This document shows positions 32,982 through 42,946 of a DNA stretch of 64,000 bases, piece by piece. The position numbers were made by a program, and so were the translations under genes. The stretch covers positions 96,001 through 160,000 of the forward strand of contig CBDBPB010000004.1 in the NCBI GenBank assembly GCA_965208615.1, written 5' to 3'. The first letter of the stretch is position 1. Every line of letters starts with the position of its first letter. The stretch comes from Spirochaetota bacterium (GTDB taxonomy: Bacteria > Spirochaetota > UBA6919 > CBDBPB01). The notes below the pieces were generated by a model, which saw nothing but the letters and a program-made list of their open reading frames with translations, was not told the origin of the DNA and did not search any database.

Positions 32982-34850
32982 TTAAACTGTCTTGTTCAGC
33001 ACACTAACTCTATTAAGAGCCTTTTTAAGTTCAGCTATGTTAAAATCTATTCCACTTAGAATATGTTCATATAAGCTAATGGAGCGTTTAGCAGTTTTAA
33101 GCTCATTATTTTCTTTTTCCTGTTTATTTAATTGGCTATCCTTATCAGAGTCAATATCGTGTATTATACTTTGTATAGTTATACTTATTAAGCCATTTAT
33201 AGTATTATCCTTAGTAATTAATTTATCTATTTCATTTAGCTTACAATTAATTTCCTTTACTCGTTTAGGATAGGGCTTTTTATGTGTTATACTTTTAAGT
33301 ATAACATCATAAAGTTCTTTTGCAAGATTTTTTCCATACTCTACTTTTTTTTTCAGACCAGAAAAAGTTATTATAACCTCATCCAAAGCCTTTAGGAGCT
33401 CAGTTAAATTAATATTATCGCAATTGGTATTATCTATATCTATATTGAAGTTAGAATGTTTAAAATATTTATCTATGACTTTTTCAAAGGACATAGTTAT
33501 ACAGTTTTTTTTAACTGCTCCACCTTCAGTAGCATCTATAACTGTTTGATCGGTTTCAGCAAACTTACTCTCAAGCCACTTTTGGAACATATAAAACTTT
33601 CTATCACTTTTAACATACTGATTATTATATCCTTTTACATTAAAGGTATTAGACTTTTCTAGCAAGTTCCAGTTAAAGTAATTTATATTTTTAAAGCGAG
33701 TTGATAAATAAAAGCAATTTTCTTCAAAGTAAGTTCCCTTTAGGTGAGTTTGATTATCAGAATAGGCTAAGTCCAATCCTATAAAAACGATAGGATTACA
33801 TCCCATTTTTTTAGCAAGGCCATAAGCGGCGGTAACAACAGAGCCGCCAATTTCTATTTCGCCCTTTTCGCCAGTAAAGCCTTCAAGCCACTTGACTAAA
33901 TGAAATGCTGAACCAAGTATCAACTTTTTATTACTATATGCATTAAAAATATTCGGAGAGATAGAGGATTCACAAACCAAAACAGTATTACTATCTTTTA
34001 GATTTTCAAAATACTTTTTATTTACATATTGGGGATCAATGGCTATAGCAAAGTCAGGTTCTATTCCGTAATATTGAAGTACTTGTAGAGCGGTATCAAC
34101 GGCTATTATGATAGCTTTTCCTTTAACCTTTTTTAATAGATTAATATTTTTATTTAAAGACGGTCCAGCGGCCACTATAACACAAGGATGCCTATATTTA
34201 TCAAAGGTAATGTTTACGCCTTTGTATAGGATAAAAGGTATAATATTTTTTAATATATTTCTTGACCATAACCTCTGAAAACGGTTTAATGTGGCAATAT
34301 TAATACCCTTACTATTGTTGAAGTTTCTAATCGCCTCGACCAATTTATCATAAAAATCTGGATACATCTGCTTTGAGGGCTTATGAACTATAAAACCTAT
34401 ATTAGAAGTTTTAAACTCTTTTATATAATCTATTAAAGTTTGTGGTGAGCTATCAAATACAAAGTGTATTCTAGGGTTAGTAAAAATCTTACTAAGGTTA
34501 CGATTTTCAAGGGCAATCTTCAAAACAACCCAATCAAAGTCAAAAATAATAACCTTACAGCTTTTAAAAATAGATAAGGCGGCCTCAACAAGGTAGCCCA
34601 ATGCAAACCCTGCGATTACTAATATTTGTGGTTCTTTTGGAATAGTGGTTTTAATTAAGCTTTCAGCCTCTCTTACTGGGTTATACTTACTATGATATGA
34701 AATATATTTATCATTTTTTTTACTACCAAGGATAACATCCCCTGATTTAGCTTTATCTATCTTATAATCAGAGGATATATCAACCTCATTGATTTTTTCA
34801 ATCCACTTTGGATAATACTTATTGAATATAAAATAGTTCTGTTCTATCAT
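32982..34850 (-). CDS. Motility-associated factor (Maf/DUF115, MptE-like) putative flagellin glycosyltransferase
   Basis: HSKYNP.REA, AAGPSL, GGSV, IGLDLAY, DATEGG. Confidence 0.85.
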   Translation of the reverse strand: MIEQNYFIFNKYYPKWIEKINEVDISSDYKIDKAKSGDVILGSKKNDKYISYHSKYNPVREAESLIKTTIPKEPQILVIAGFALGYLVEAALSIFKSCKVIIFDFDWVVLKIALENRNLSKIFTNPRIHFVFDSSPQTLIDYIKEFKTSNIGFIVHKPSKQMYPDFYDKLVEAIRNFNNSKGINIATLNRFQRLWSRNILKNIIPFILYKGVNITFDKYRHPCVIVAAGPSLNKNINLLKKVKGKAIIIAVDTALQVLQYYGIEPDFAIAIDPQYVNKKYFENLKDSNTVLVCESSISPNIFNAYSNKKLILGSAFHLVKWLEGFTGEKGEIEIGGSVVTAAYGLAKKMGCNPIVFIGLDLAYSDNQTHLKGTYFEENCFYLSTRFKNINYFNWNLLEKSNTFNVKGYNNQYVKSDRKFYMFQKWLESKFAETDQTVIDATEGGAVKKNCITMSFEKVIDKYFKHSNFNIDIDNTNCDNINLTELLKALDEVIITFSGLKKKVEYGKNLAKELYDVILKSITHKKPYPKRVKEINCKLNEIDKLITKDNTINGLISITIQSIIHDIDSDKDSQLNKQEKENNELKTAKRSISLYEHILSGIDFNIAELKKALNRVSVLNKTV

Positions 34851-35026
34851 AAAGCAATTATCGACAACACTTTTATAATGGTTTAAAAATAAAGCAGTTT
34901 ATATAAGCTTAAAAAGAAGGAGTTTTAAGTTAGTTATTGTTACTAGTTGCTTTAGTAATGTAGAAAGCATTATAACTTAGCTTATATATTTAAAACTTAA
35001 AACATAGATAAAATCTATTTAGGAGT

Positions 35027-36500
35027 TGTTAATAATTGTTCTAGTGGTATAGAGCAAAAGTATTCTAAGTTAGTTTATCTTTTTAAAGCTTCCTGAAGTG
35101 CAGTTAGTAATTGTTCTAGTGGTGTAGAGCAAAAGTATTCTAAGCTAGTTTATCTTTTTAAACTTCCTAAAGTGCAGTTAGTAATTGTTCTAGTGGTGTA
35201 GACCAAAAGTATTCTAAATTAGTTTATCTTTTTAAACTTCCTAAAGTGCAGTTAGTAATTGTTCTAGAGGTATAGACCAAAAGTATTCTAAGTTAGTTTA
35301 TCTTTTTAAACTTCCTGAAGTGCAGTTAGTAATTGTTCTAGTGGTGTAGACCAAAAGTATTCTAAGTTAGTTTATCTTTTTAAACTTCCTAAAGTGCTGT
35401 TAGTAATTGTTCTAGTGGTGTAGAGCAAAAGTATTCTAAGTTAGTTTATCTTTTTAAACTTCCTAAAGTGCTGTTAGTAATTGTTCTAGAGGTATAGAGC
35501 AAAAGTATTCTAAGTTAGTTTATCTTTTTAAACTTCCTAAAGTGCTGTTAGTAATTGTTCTAGTGGTATAGAGCAAAAGTATTCTAAGTTAGTTTATCTT
35601 TTTAAACTTCCTAAAGTGCTGTTAGTAATTGTTCTAGTGGTGTAGAGCAAAAGTATTCTAAGTTAGTTTATCTTTTTAAACTTCCTAAAGTGCTGTTAGT
35701 AATTGTTCTAGAGGTATAGAGCAAAAGTATTCTAAGTTAGTTTATCTTTTTAAACTTCCTAAAGTGCTGTTAGTAATTGTTCTAGTGGTGTAGAGCAAAA
35801 GTATTCTAAGTTAGTTTATCTTTTTAAACTTCCTAAAGTGCAGTTAGTAATTGTTCTAGAGGTGTAGACCAAAAGTATTCTAAGCTAGTTTATCTTTTTA
35901 AACTTCCTAAAGTGCAGATAAAATCTATTTAGTAATTGTGTTATAATAATTTTTTATCTAAAAGCTATAGTAATTACTAACTGGGGAGGATGGCGTTTTT
36001 TTTTTGATATTAGGTTATTTAAAGGGATATTATTTAATAATTTAGTTATCATTTTATGATAGAGTTATGACTAGTCATACAAGGTAAAAAGGCAAGACAT
36101 ATAACGTAAAGGGAAGTGAATTCCAGATTTCTTTATGGAACAGGAAAGTTAAGATATTCATGAAAAAGTTATTTTCTTGTGTCAAGCAGGTTATCCCTTT
36201 ATGCTCTTTAAGTGCTGTTTAAATGCCTTAGCAATGAACACAAAATATCACTTTTTATGCAAGTAGTCATCACTACGAGAGCTATTAAGAATCCCTTACT
36301 GAGACTAAGAATTATAGACCTTTATTAAGTGATAACGGATTTGCTGTTCCATAAAAGCTTAGAGGGGATTATTGGAATATTCTATATTGACTTTATATGT
36401 AATTTTCTATGTGAATTAAAAATAATAGAACAGCTTATATCTATAAAAATTGATAAATCTAGAACGCTTTTACTATAACCTACTAGAACATTTGATAATA
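35027..36500 (+). mobile_element. Non-coding TGT-ended element, copy B (12-unit array, body, diverged right end)
   Basis: Body 35918-36402 is near-identical to copies A and C; boxes TAGAAC at 36460 and 36484 ending TAGAACATTTGATAATA. Confidence 0.78.
35029..35917 (+). repeat. Tandem array of 12 x 74-bp units
   Basis: Unit TTAGTAATTGTTCTAGTGGTGTAGAGCAAAAGTATTCTAAGTTAGTTTATCTTTTTAAACTTCCTAAAGTGCAG; starts at 35029, then 35104 + 74n up to 35844. Confidence 0.97.
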
Positions 36501-36560
36501 ACTTTTATATATTAAACCCACTCTTAAATATATTAGTAAATTTTATATGATATAAATATA

Positions 36561-38381
36561 CTAAAAAGTTAAAAACATAAAACAAAATATCATAATTATA
36601 GTCGGAATAATAGCATATTGTAGCAACCTAGCAGGTGATACAGTATTATCAGGAAAAAACTTCTTTAAAATAGACTGTCCAGCAGGATTAGGTGCATTAG
36701 CTATTACCGTTAATCCTCCACCAGCTACCGCTCCAGCAACTACTGCATACTTTAAACTAGGACTAAAATCCTTAACAAGTGTACTAAGTAAAGTAATAGC
36801 CGCGTTATCATTAAATGAAGTCAAAATAGTTGCACCAAATAATAATACCGTTTCGGATAACCTTGTTAAAATAGGCTCTATCCACCATTCCTGTACTCCC
36901 CCATGAATAACTAAACCAGCTAAAAAAAATCCCACTAAAAGAGGCGGCTTTAAGTTAATCCTATTCTGAAAATTAATTGTTACACGACTAAAACCCAAAA
37001 ATAATAAAAATCCCCCAATAAATAATGGTGGATGATGAGCGTTTATAACAGTCCATATCAAAAAACCTAAGTGAACAATCATAACCCAAGCAGGTACCCA
37101 ACCCTCTCTACTATCCCAATAAGGATCAACATATATAGCCCTTTTGCTAATAGGCAAAAGTCCAGGAAGAGTCTTCCTTAACTCATTAAGACGTGCCTTT
37201 TCAAAACTTTGATCAAATGCCTTTTCAACTAATGACTTGTTTATACCCTTTTCTTTAATCTCACTCAATATCCTTCCTTTTAAACCTATCCTTATCTTTT
37301 CAAACTCCCTGGCTAACTTATCAGTAAATCCTAACTCCTCGCCAGCAATAATCTCTGTCCTTTCAAATATTTCCTCTAACTCATCCTCTTTAATATACTT
37401 AGCCTTAAGCTCTCTCTGTAACCTAACAATAGCATATTTCTCTTGTAACCGCTCCATCTCTTTTCTAAAAAATAAAAAATATATAAAATTACTAATAATT
37501 ATCCCCATAGCGGCTTTCCAACCAAAATTACTAGCCATAAATACTAAACCCCAATCCCACTTATCAGCTACCATAAGAACAGGAGGTGCCGCAAAATGAG
37601 TAAGAGTACCACCAACAGATACATTAACAAATAATAAAGCTAATGTGGCATACTTAAAACTATTACTAGGCTCAAGATTATAAAACTTCTCCCCCAATAA
37701 AATAGCGGCTATAGTCATAGCCGCAGGCTCAGTAATAAATGAACCCAAAAGAGGTCCAAAAGTAAGAATAGTAAACCACCAAGAAATTAACATTCCCTTA
37801 GCTAAATTAGCAATCCGCCACATCAACATCTCTGAAAACTTTAAAACAGGCCTGCTAGAGGCTAAAGTCATAATAACCATAACAAAAAGTGGCTCGGTAT
37901 ACTTAACCTCATAGTTAAAATAATGAATAGCCGACTCCCATCCATAAATACCGCATATAGCCATGCCTAATACTACGCTCCATAAACCAAATACTACCTC
38001 TATCTCACCTAAAAAATGAAATACCTCTACCCCAAAATGATGAGAATGCTTATGAACCCTCCCCTCCTTTTTTAAAAGATCATGCTCATGAGCCCACTTA
38101 TGAGAAATACGAGTAAACATACTACTCAAAAATGTATGTATAATAGCAAATAAAAATATTATAGTCCCAATCAAATAAAAAGGATGCTTTATTATCCTAT
38201 TATATAAAATATCAACTAAACTATCATCCTTACTATAACTATCCAACTTTGGTGGAAAATCTAACTTACTGCTTGCATTATCCATAGGTGAACTATCATC
38301 ACTAACAGCAGAGTAAACTATAACAGCAATCCCAAAAGTAAATAATAATAAGACTATAAGCTTTTTTACAGAGCCTTTCAT
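36561..38381 (-). CDS. Putative Na+/H+ antiporter (DUF1504-type)
   Basis: HFLGEIEVVFGLW, ITEPAAMT, THFAAPPV, GGGLTVIANAPNPAG; multiple TM helices. Confidence 0.88.
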   Translation of the reverse strand: MKGSVKKLIVLLLFTFGIAVIVYSAVSDDSSPMDNASSKLDFPPKLDSYSKDDSLVDILYNRIIKHPFYLIGTIIFLFAIIHTFLSSMFTRISHKWAHEHDLLKKEGRVHKHSHHFGVEVFHFLGEIEVVFGLWSVVLGMAICGIYGWESAIHYFNYEVKYTEPLFVMVIMTLASSRPVLKFSEMLMWRIANLAKGMLISWWFTILTFGPLLGSFITEPAAMTIAAILLGEKFYNLEPSNSFKYATLALLFVNVSVGGTLTHFAAPPVLMVADKWDWGLVFMASNFGWKAAMGIIISNFIYFLFFRKEMERLQEKYAIVRLQRELKAKYIKEDELEEIFERTEIIAGEELGFTDKLAREFEKIRIGLKGRILSEIKEKGINKSLVEKAFDQSFEKARLNELRKTLPGLLPISKRAIYVDPYWDSREGWVPAWVMIVHLGFLIWTVINAHHPPLFIGGFLLFLGFSRVTINFQNRINLKPPLLVGFFLAGLVIHGGVQEWWIEPILTRLSETVLLFGATILTSFNDNAAITLLSTLVKDFSPSLKYAVVAGAVAGGGLTVIANAPNPAGQSILKKFFPDNTVSPARLLQYAIIPTIIMIFCFMFLTF

Positions 38382-39019
38382 TCTATTAACCCCTTTTTTC
38401 TCATTGTATAAATAACTAGATCAGAAGCGTCTTCCAAAGATATTCTCGACATGTTAATAATTAAATCATAATAATGAGGATCAGAAACATCAGTAAAAAA
38501 ATAATCCCGAATAAAGGCATCTCTATCCTTCTGCATCTTAGTAATAAATTCTTTGCTTTCTATAATAGAAATACTCTTCTGTTTTGCCATCTGATCAATC
38601 CGCCAGTCCATAGTAGCTATAACTCGTACATGAAAACCATTTAATAACTCATGGGTAATAAAACATCCTCCTCTACCAACAATAATACTATTACCAGCAA
38701 TGGAAAGAGACTTAATCACCTTTGCCATCTTACTAAAAATTACAAAACGTTCAGGCTTATTAGTAATAAGTTTATTAAAAAACTCTGTAATAGTACTATC
38801 AGCAGGCTTGTCTAAAGACTCAACCAACTCCTTAGATAACTTTTCATCCTTTTCAATTTTAGCTAAAATCTCTTTATTATAGCTCTTCCACGGCGGATCA
38901 GACTTCTTAGTATTAAGTTTATCCTCAATCTTCTTAGCCAATACCCATCCTTCTGAGCCAAACTCCCTGGATAACGTAATAAAGGGCTTTTTATCATACA
39001 TATTATAACTACCTTTCAT
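38378..39019 (-). CDS. Cytidylate kinase-like family protein (start may be 39001)
   Basis: ITLSREFGSEG, IIVGRG, DPHYYDLIIN. Confidence 0.88.
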   Translation of the reverse strand: MKGSYNMYDKKPFITLSREFGSEGWVLAKKIEDKLNTKKSDPPWKSYNKEILAKIEKDEKLSKELVESLDKPADSTITEFFNKLITNKPERFVIFSKMAKVIKSLSIAGNSIIVGRGGCFITHELLNGFHVRVIATMDWRIDQMAKQKSISIIESKEFITKMQKDRDAFIRDYFFTDVSDPHYYDLIINMSRISLEDASDLVIYTMRKKGLIE

Positions 39020-39081
39020 AACTTTATAGTATACATAATGTAAAAAAATATTAGTCTATAAAATAACAACAAGTATTTCTT

Positions 39082-40020
39082 TTAGTTTTCTTGAACTGTA
39101 ACAATTTTCATCCAATCAAGAAAACTAAGAGTTTCACCCTTTTCTTTAACTGCTATTACTGGTACATTAAGATTATGTATTAATTTCTCCGTTATACTAC
39201 CAAGTAATACCGATGTCATAAAATTTCGCCCCCTTGCTCCAACAACAACAAGGTGGATGCCTAACCTATCAATTTCTTTTTGGATCGCCTTAACAGGCTT
39301 TTCATCAAGAACAAAATTAATCTTTACATCTATATTATTAAGATCAACCGTATTAATAAAATGGCGGTATTCATTTTCAGCATTATTTTTCATCGCATTA
39401 GCAAATTCTTCTTCGTTCTTCCCAGTCTTATAATATCCAGACGGCAGACTAAATGTATGTATAGCGTATATTATAGACTGACCCGATGCTAAAGCATACC
39501 TAATAGCTATTTCCATAGCCTCATTAGAATGTTTAGAAAAGTCTACTGGAACAAGTATTCTTTCAATATTAGCCTCTATATTAACTGGGACTATCAATAC
39601 AGAACAAGGAGACTTTCTTGTTAACTTATCTGGAATAGTCCCCCCACTATATAATAATTTTTTTCCAGTTATAACTAGGTCAATCTCCTTTCTGACAGTC
39701 ATACGAAGCAAGCCCAATAACCTTGAACCCTCTCTCACCTCACATCTAACCTTAGTAGTCTTTGGCCCAATAAAGTGTTTTTTTATTGAGTCCTGCATCT
39801 TATCTTTAATAAACTCGTCTATAGGCTCTAAAAATGTATCATGATGCTTTTTAACCTCATCAGGTAAATCAAGAGTTTTGCTAATATGACAAAAATAGAC
39901 CTTATCCGAGCAAGCCAAGTTAGATATAACTGATGCCATTTTAATGACATATTCATCCCTATCGCTAAAATCAAGACAAACTAAAATTCGTTTATATCTA
40001 TACATTAAAAAGTTCCTCAA
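39082..40020 (-). CDS. Tandem-domain universal stress protein
   Basis: RILVCLDFS and RILVPVDFS; VVGARG..LLGSITEKL. Confidence 0.92.
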   Translation of the reverse strand: MRNFLMYRYKRILVCLDFSDRDEYVIKMASVISNLACSDKVYFCHISKTLDLPDEVKKHHDTFLEPIDEFIKDKMQDSIKKHFIGPKTTKVRCEVREGSRLLGLLRMTVRKEIDLVITGKKLLYSGGTIPDKLTRKSPCSVLIVPVNIEANIERILVPVDFSKHSNEAMEIAIRYALASGQSIIYAIHTFSLPSGYYKTGKNEEEFANAMKNNAENEYRHFINTVDLNNIDVKINFVLDEKPVKAIQKEIDRLGIHLVVVGARGRNFMTSVLLGSITEKLIHNLNVPVIAVKEKGETLSFLDWMKIVTVQEN

Positions 40021-40064
40021 ACATACTATTTATATAATAAGTCACATAATAGCCAAGAATTATA

Positions 40065-40682
40065 CTATTTACCGCCAAAAAGCAAACTAACAAGTTGAGG
40101 CCTTAAGTAAAACTGAAAAAAACAGTTAAAATCGTCATCAGTAAAACTAATATGGTAGTTTCCGTTTTTAGGATAAATTTTAAATCCCGCATTAATCTTA
40201 TCATCAAAATTAACTTCTAATCCAGAATTAAGAATGTCAAGAACCTTATTACTAAAATAGTCTTTTAAGCCTTCTTCATCCTTTTCAGAAAGCAGTATAC
40301 CAATGGATACCGGCTCAGAACTTTGTGTATTCCAATTTGTTATAATAGTCCCAATTATCTTTTTTAAAAAACTATTATCTTTAAAAACTTCTCTAATTGG
40401 CTCTTCCAATACTTTAACCTTTATAAGATTATCTATTCTCTCTCTAACAGCATTAATAGCCTGCCTTATTGACAGGCTCACTTCAGCTTTAGTTGAGCCT
40501 CTTAGCTCATCACCATGTCTTTTTGCATGTAATATAATCTCCTCTGCTTTAATATTAGCGTTCTTGATAATCTTTTCTGCCTTTTTTTTTGCGTTAGATA
40601 TAATTTTGTTTTTTTCAACCTCAGCTTTTTCGATGCTTTCTTTATAAATTTTTTCTGTCAACTCATCAATTTTGCTTTTCAT
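40065..40682 (-). CDS. V-type ATP synthase subunit E-like protein (orphan)
   Basis: KIDELTEKIYKESIEKA, GFKIYPKNGNYHISFTD, YLRPQLVSLLF. Confidence 0.8.
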   Translation of the reverse strand: MKSKIDELTEKIYKESIEKAEVEKNKIISNAKKKAEKIIKNANIKAEEIILHAKRHGDELRGSTKAEVSLSIRQAINAVRERIDNLIKVKVLEEPIREVFKDNSFLKKIIGTIITNWNTQSSEPVSIGILLSEKDEEGLKDYFSNKVLDILNSGLEVNFDDKINAGFKIYPKNGNYHISFTDDDFNCFFQFYLRPQLVSLLFGGK

Positions 40683-41088
40683 AGTAAGTTAACACCTTCT
40701 AATAAAAAAATAAAATTAATTCTCTAAATTAAAAAAACAGCTTTTATTACATAGTTAAAACCCCTATTAACACTAAGAAATACATGCTAAAATTAAAATT
40801 ATCCATATTAATTGTTATTAACTTATAGTGATAAAAATTAAACGAGGTATAATCATATTTATAAAGCTATATATTAAAATTTATGGAATTATTCCTACTT
40901 TAGTATGGAAAATTTGGATAGTTTTATAGAAAACTTTTAGATAGTCCCAAAAACTTAATTTTTAAAAAGCCTGTAACTTATAACACAATAAAACGTTAAC
41001 AATAATAGTAATTAAAAAATATTTTTATTCTTATTGGCATGATTATTGATTGTATAAAAATACACACTTCAAATTTAGGAGACTTTCT

Positions 41089-41496
41089 ATGAACAGAGTT
41101 AATTACTCTTTATTAATTACTTTCCTATTAGTAGCACCAGTAATCAGTTATATACTATACAAGAAAACAATTTATACAAAAGAATATGCTAATTATGCAA
41201 AAGCTATTATCAAAAAGTGTCAACCTTTTGTAAATACGCAACCTTCTCCCAAAAAATCTGTAAACTTTTTTTCAACGAAAGAGCTAAAACCTAAAAGAAT
41301 TACAATAAAGTCTCAAACAAAGAGAGTATCCATAAACAATAACCTATGGAAATTAAAAGAGAAGGTTATAATAGAAATTGAAAATCATAAAATACAATAT
41401 AAAGCTATTAAAAAAAGTTTTACCGTTAAAAAAAGTTTTAAGAGAAAAAAACCTTTTAAGTTAATACATTTTCCATTAAAATTATATAAATTTTAA
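41089..41496 (+). CDS. Hypothetical basic membrane-anchored protein
   Basis: AGGAGA RBS before ATG 41089; N-terminal TM helix; Lys-rich. Confidence 0.55.
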   Translation: MNRVNYSLLITFLLVAPVISYILYKKTIYTKEYANYAKAIIKKCQPFVNTQPSPKKSVNFFSTKELKPKRITIKSQTKRVSINNNLWKLKEKVIIEIENHKIQYKAIKKSFTVKKSFKRKKPFKLIHFPLKLYKF

Positions 41497-41564
41497 ACTA
41501 TAACCTATAATATAAAATCAAGCATACTTATTTTAAGCTTCAGAATACTTATTAAGGTAGCTAT

Positions 41565-41597
41565 AAAAACATGTGTACCCCATAATGGGTACACATG
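41565..41597 (-). terminator. Intrinsic terminator between lexA and the convergent ORF
   Basis: Stem CATGTGTACCC/GGGTACACATG with a U5 tract on the minus strand. Confidence 0.75.
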
Positions 41598-41702
41598 AAA
41601 CAACTATTAACTTGCTTTGCAAAAGAAAAGAACGGAAATTAATTTGATAGGCAATAAGCAAACCAAAAAATGAATAGTTTGTAGTGAAGGATTAATAAAA
41701 TT

Positions 41703-42299
41703 TTAAAACTTTCTTAATACTCCAACAACCTTTCCACAAACTTTCAAGTCTGACTTAGCAGTTATAGTTATAGATTCATACAAGTCATTTTCTGGTTGTA
41801 AAGTAATTTTATTAGAATCAAAAAGTATTCTTTTAACAGTGGCTTCGTTATCGATTATGGCAACACATATTTCTCCATTTTCTATGCTTTCCTGATATTT
41901 TACAATGGCATAGTCACCATCTAAAATACCAGCATTCCGCATAGAATCACCTTTAATTCTAATAACGTAGCATCCTTCTGCATCAAAAAGCTCTTCTAGC
42001 CTTAGGTTACCCTCATTAAACTCATCTGACATAATAGGATTCCCTGCGGCCACTCTAGCCAAAATAGGAAAGTAATCTTTTCTTAAAATAACTATTCCCC
42101 TACTTCTTTTAAGCCTTTTAATATATCCCTTTCTCTCAAGAGCTTTTAGATGGTCAACTACACCTTGGTTAGAAGCAAAGCCAAAATGCTTTTTAATATC
42201 CACAAGTGTAGGAGGGCGGTTCTCCCTATTAGTATACTTATAAAGAAAATCGAATACTTCTTTTTGTCTAATAGTAATTTTTTTCATTTTATATTCCAA
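41703..42299 (-). CDS. lexA: SOS repressor LexA (start may be 42287)
   Basis: RPPT..DI..FG, HLKALERKGYI, VAAG cleavage site, GDSM, ATVKR. Confidence 0.95.
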   Translation of the reverse strand: MEYKMKKITIRQKEVFDFLYKYTNRENRPPTLVDIKKHFGFASNQGVVDHLKALERKGYIKRLKRSRGIVILRKDYFPILARVAAGNPIMSDEFNEGNLRLEELFDAEGCYVIRIKGDSMRNAGILDGDYAIVKYQESIENGEICVAIIDNEATVKRILFDSNKITLQPENDLYESITITAKSDLKVCGKVVGVLRKF

Positions 42300-42429
42300 T
42301 TTTTCTATCTTTATTTTAATAAAACAAATAAATAATCGATTTACTTAGGTAAACGAAGAAAATATTGTTATTAAATATTCTAGTATTTTAAATAAAGAAC
42401 ATTATAATATAACATAACTATTTAAAATG

Positions 42430-42600
42430 TATTAAAATACACCTAAAAGGCATCTAGTTTTAGGGAGATAAAAAAAGTTTTTTTAATAGATAAGATAAAC
42501 AATATACAAAAGAAAATAACTTTTCCATCAATATTTTACTTTTCTGTTCCACAAAGGAGTCTAAAATACATTTATCTTGACGTTATATGTTTTATCTTAA
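42430..42600 (-). repeat. Diverged fragment of the element body
   Basis: AAGAAAATAACTTTTCCATCAATATTTTACTTTTCTGTTCCACAAAG..ACGTTATATGT aligns with 14639-14720. Confidence 0.7.
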
Positions 42601-42946
42601 AGCGATAAATACTAAATTAACAAACCTTCCTAACTATATCTGGTGAACACTTTATAACACATAAACTAAAATAAAAAAATATGACAACTAATAAATATTA
42701 GTGTACTTCTTAACCTAAATTTATTAACTTTTCTTTAAAAATTCCTTGCTTAACTATTTAAAATATAGAACTTTTAACATTTTCTGTATACTATCTATGT
42801 TATTATTATATTTTATTAATAATTGATCGATTTCTAATATTAAATTCCGTTAACGAACCAAAGGTAATATATATTGCTAAACCTTAAACTAATTTTTTTA
42901 CCTTACTTAAAAATGAACACTACTTCAATCTACCTAACTTAATTAA

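Noticed and set aside
35029-35917. CRISPR array
   Set aside because: No unique spacers (whole units are near-identical) and no cas genes in the window
38370-39019. Adjacent ORFs both starting MKGS
   Set aside because: DNA similarity is minimal and the upstream gene probably starts at the later Met; coincidence
42300-42450. Autoregulatory SOS box upstream of lexA
   Set aside because: No convincing palindrome or known LexA box, and no intact 24-bp box pair
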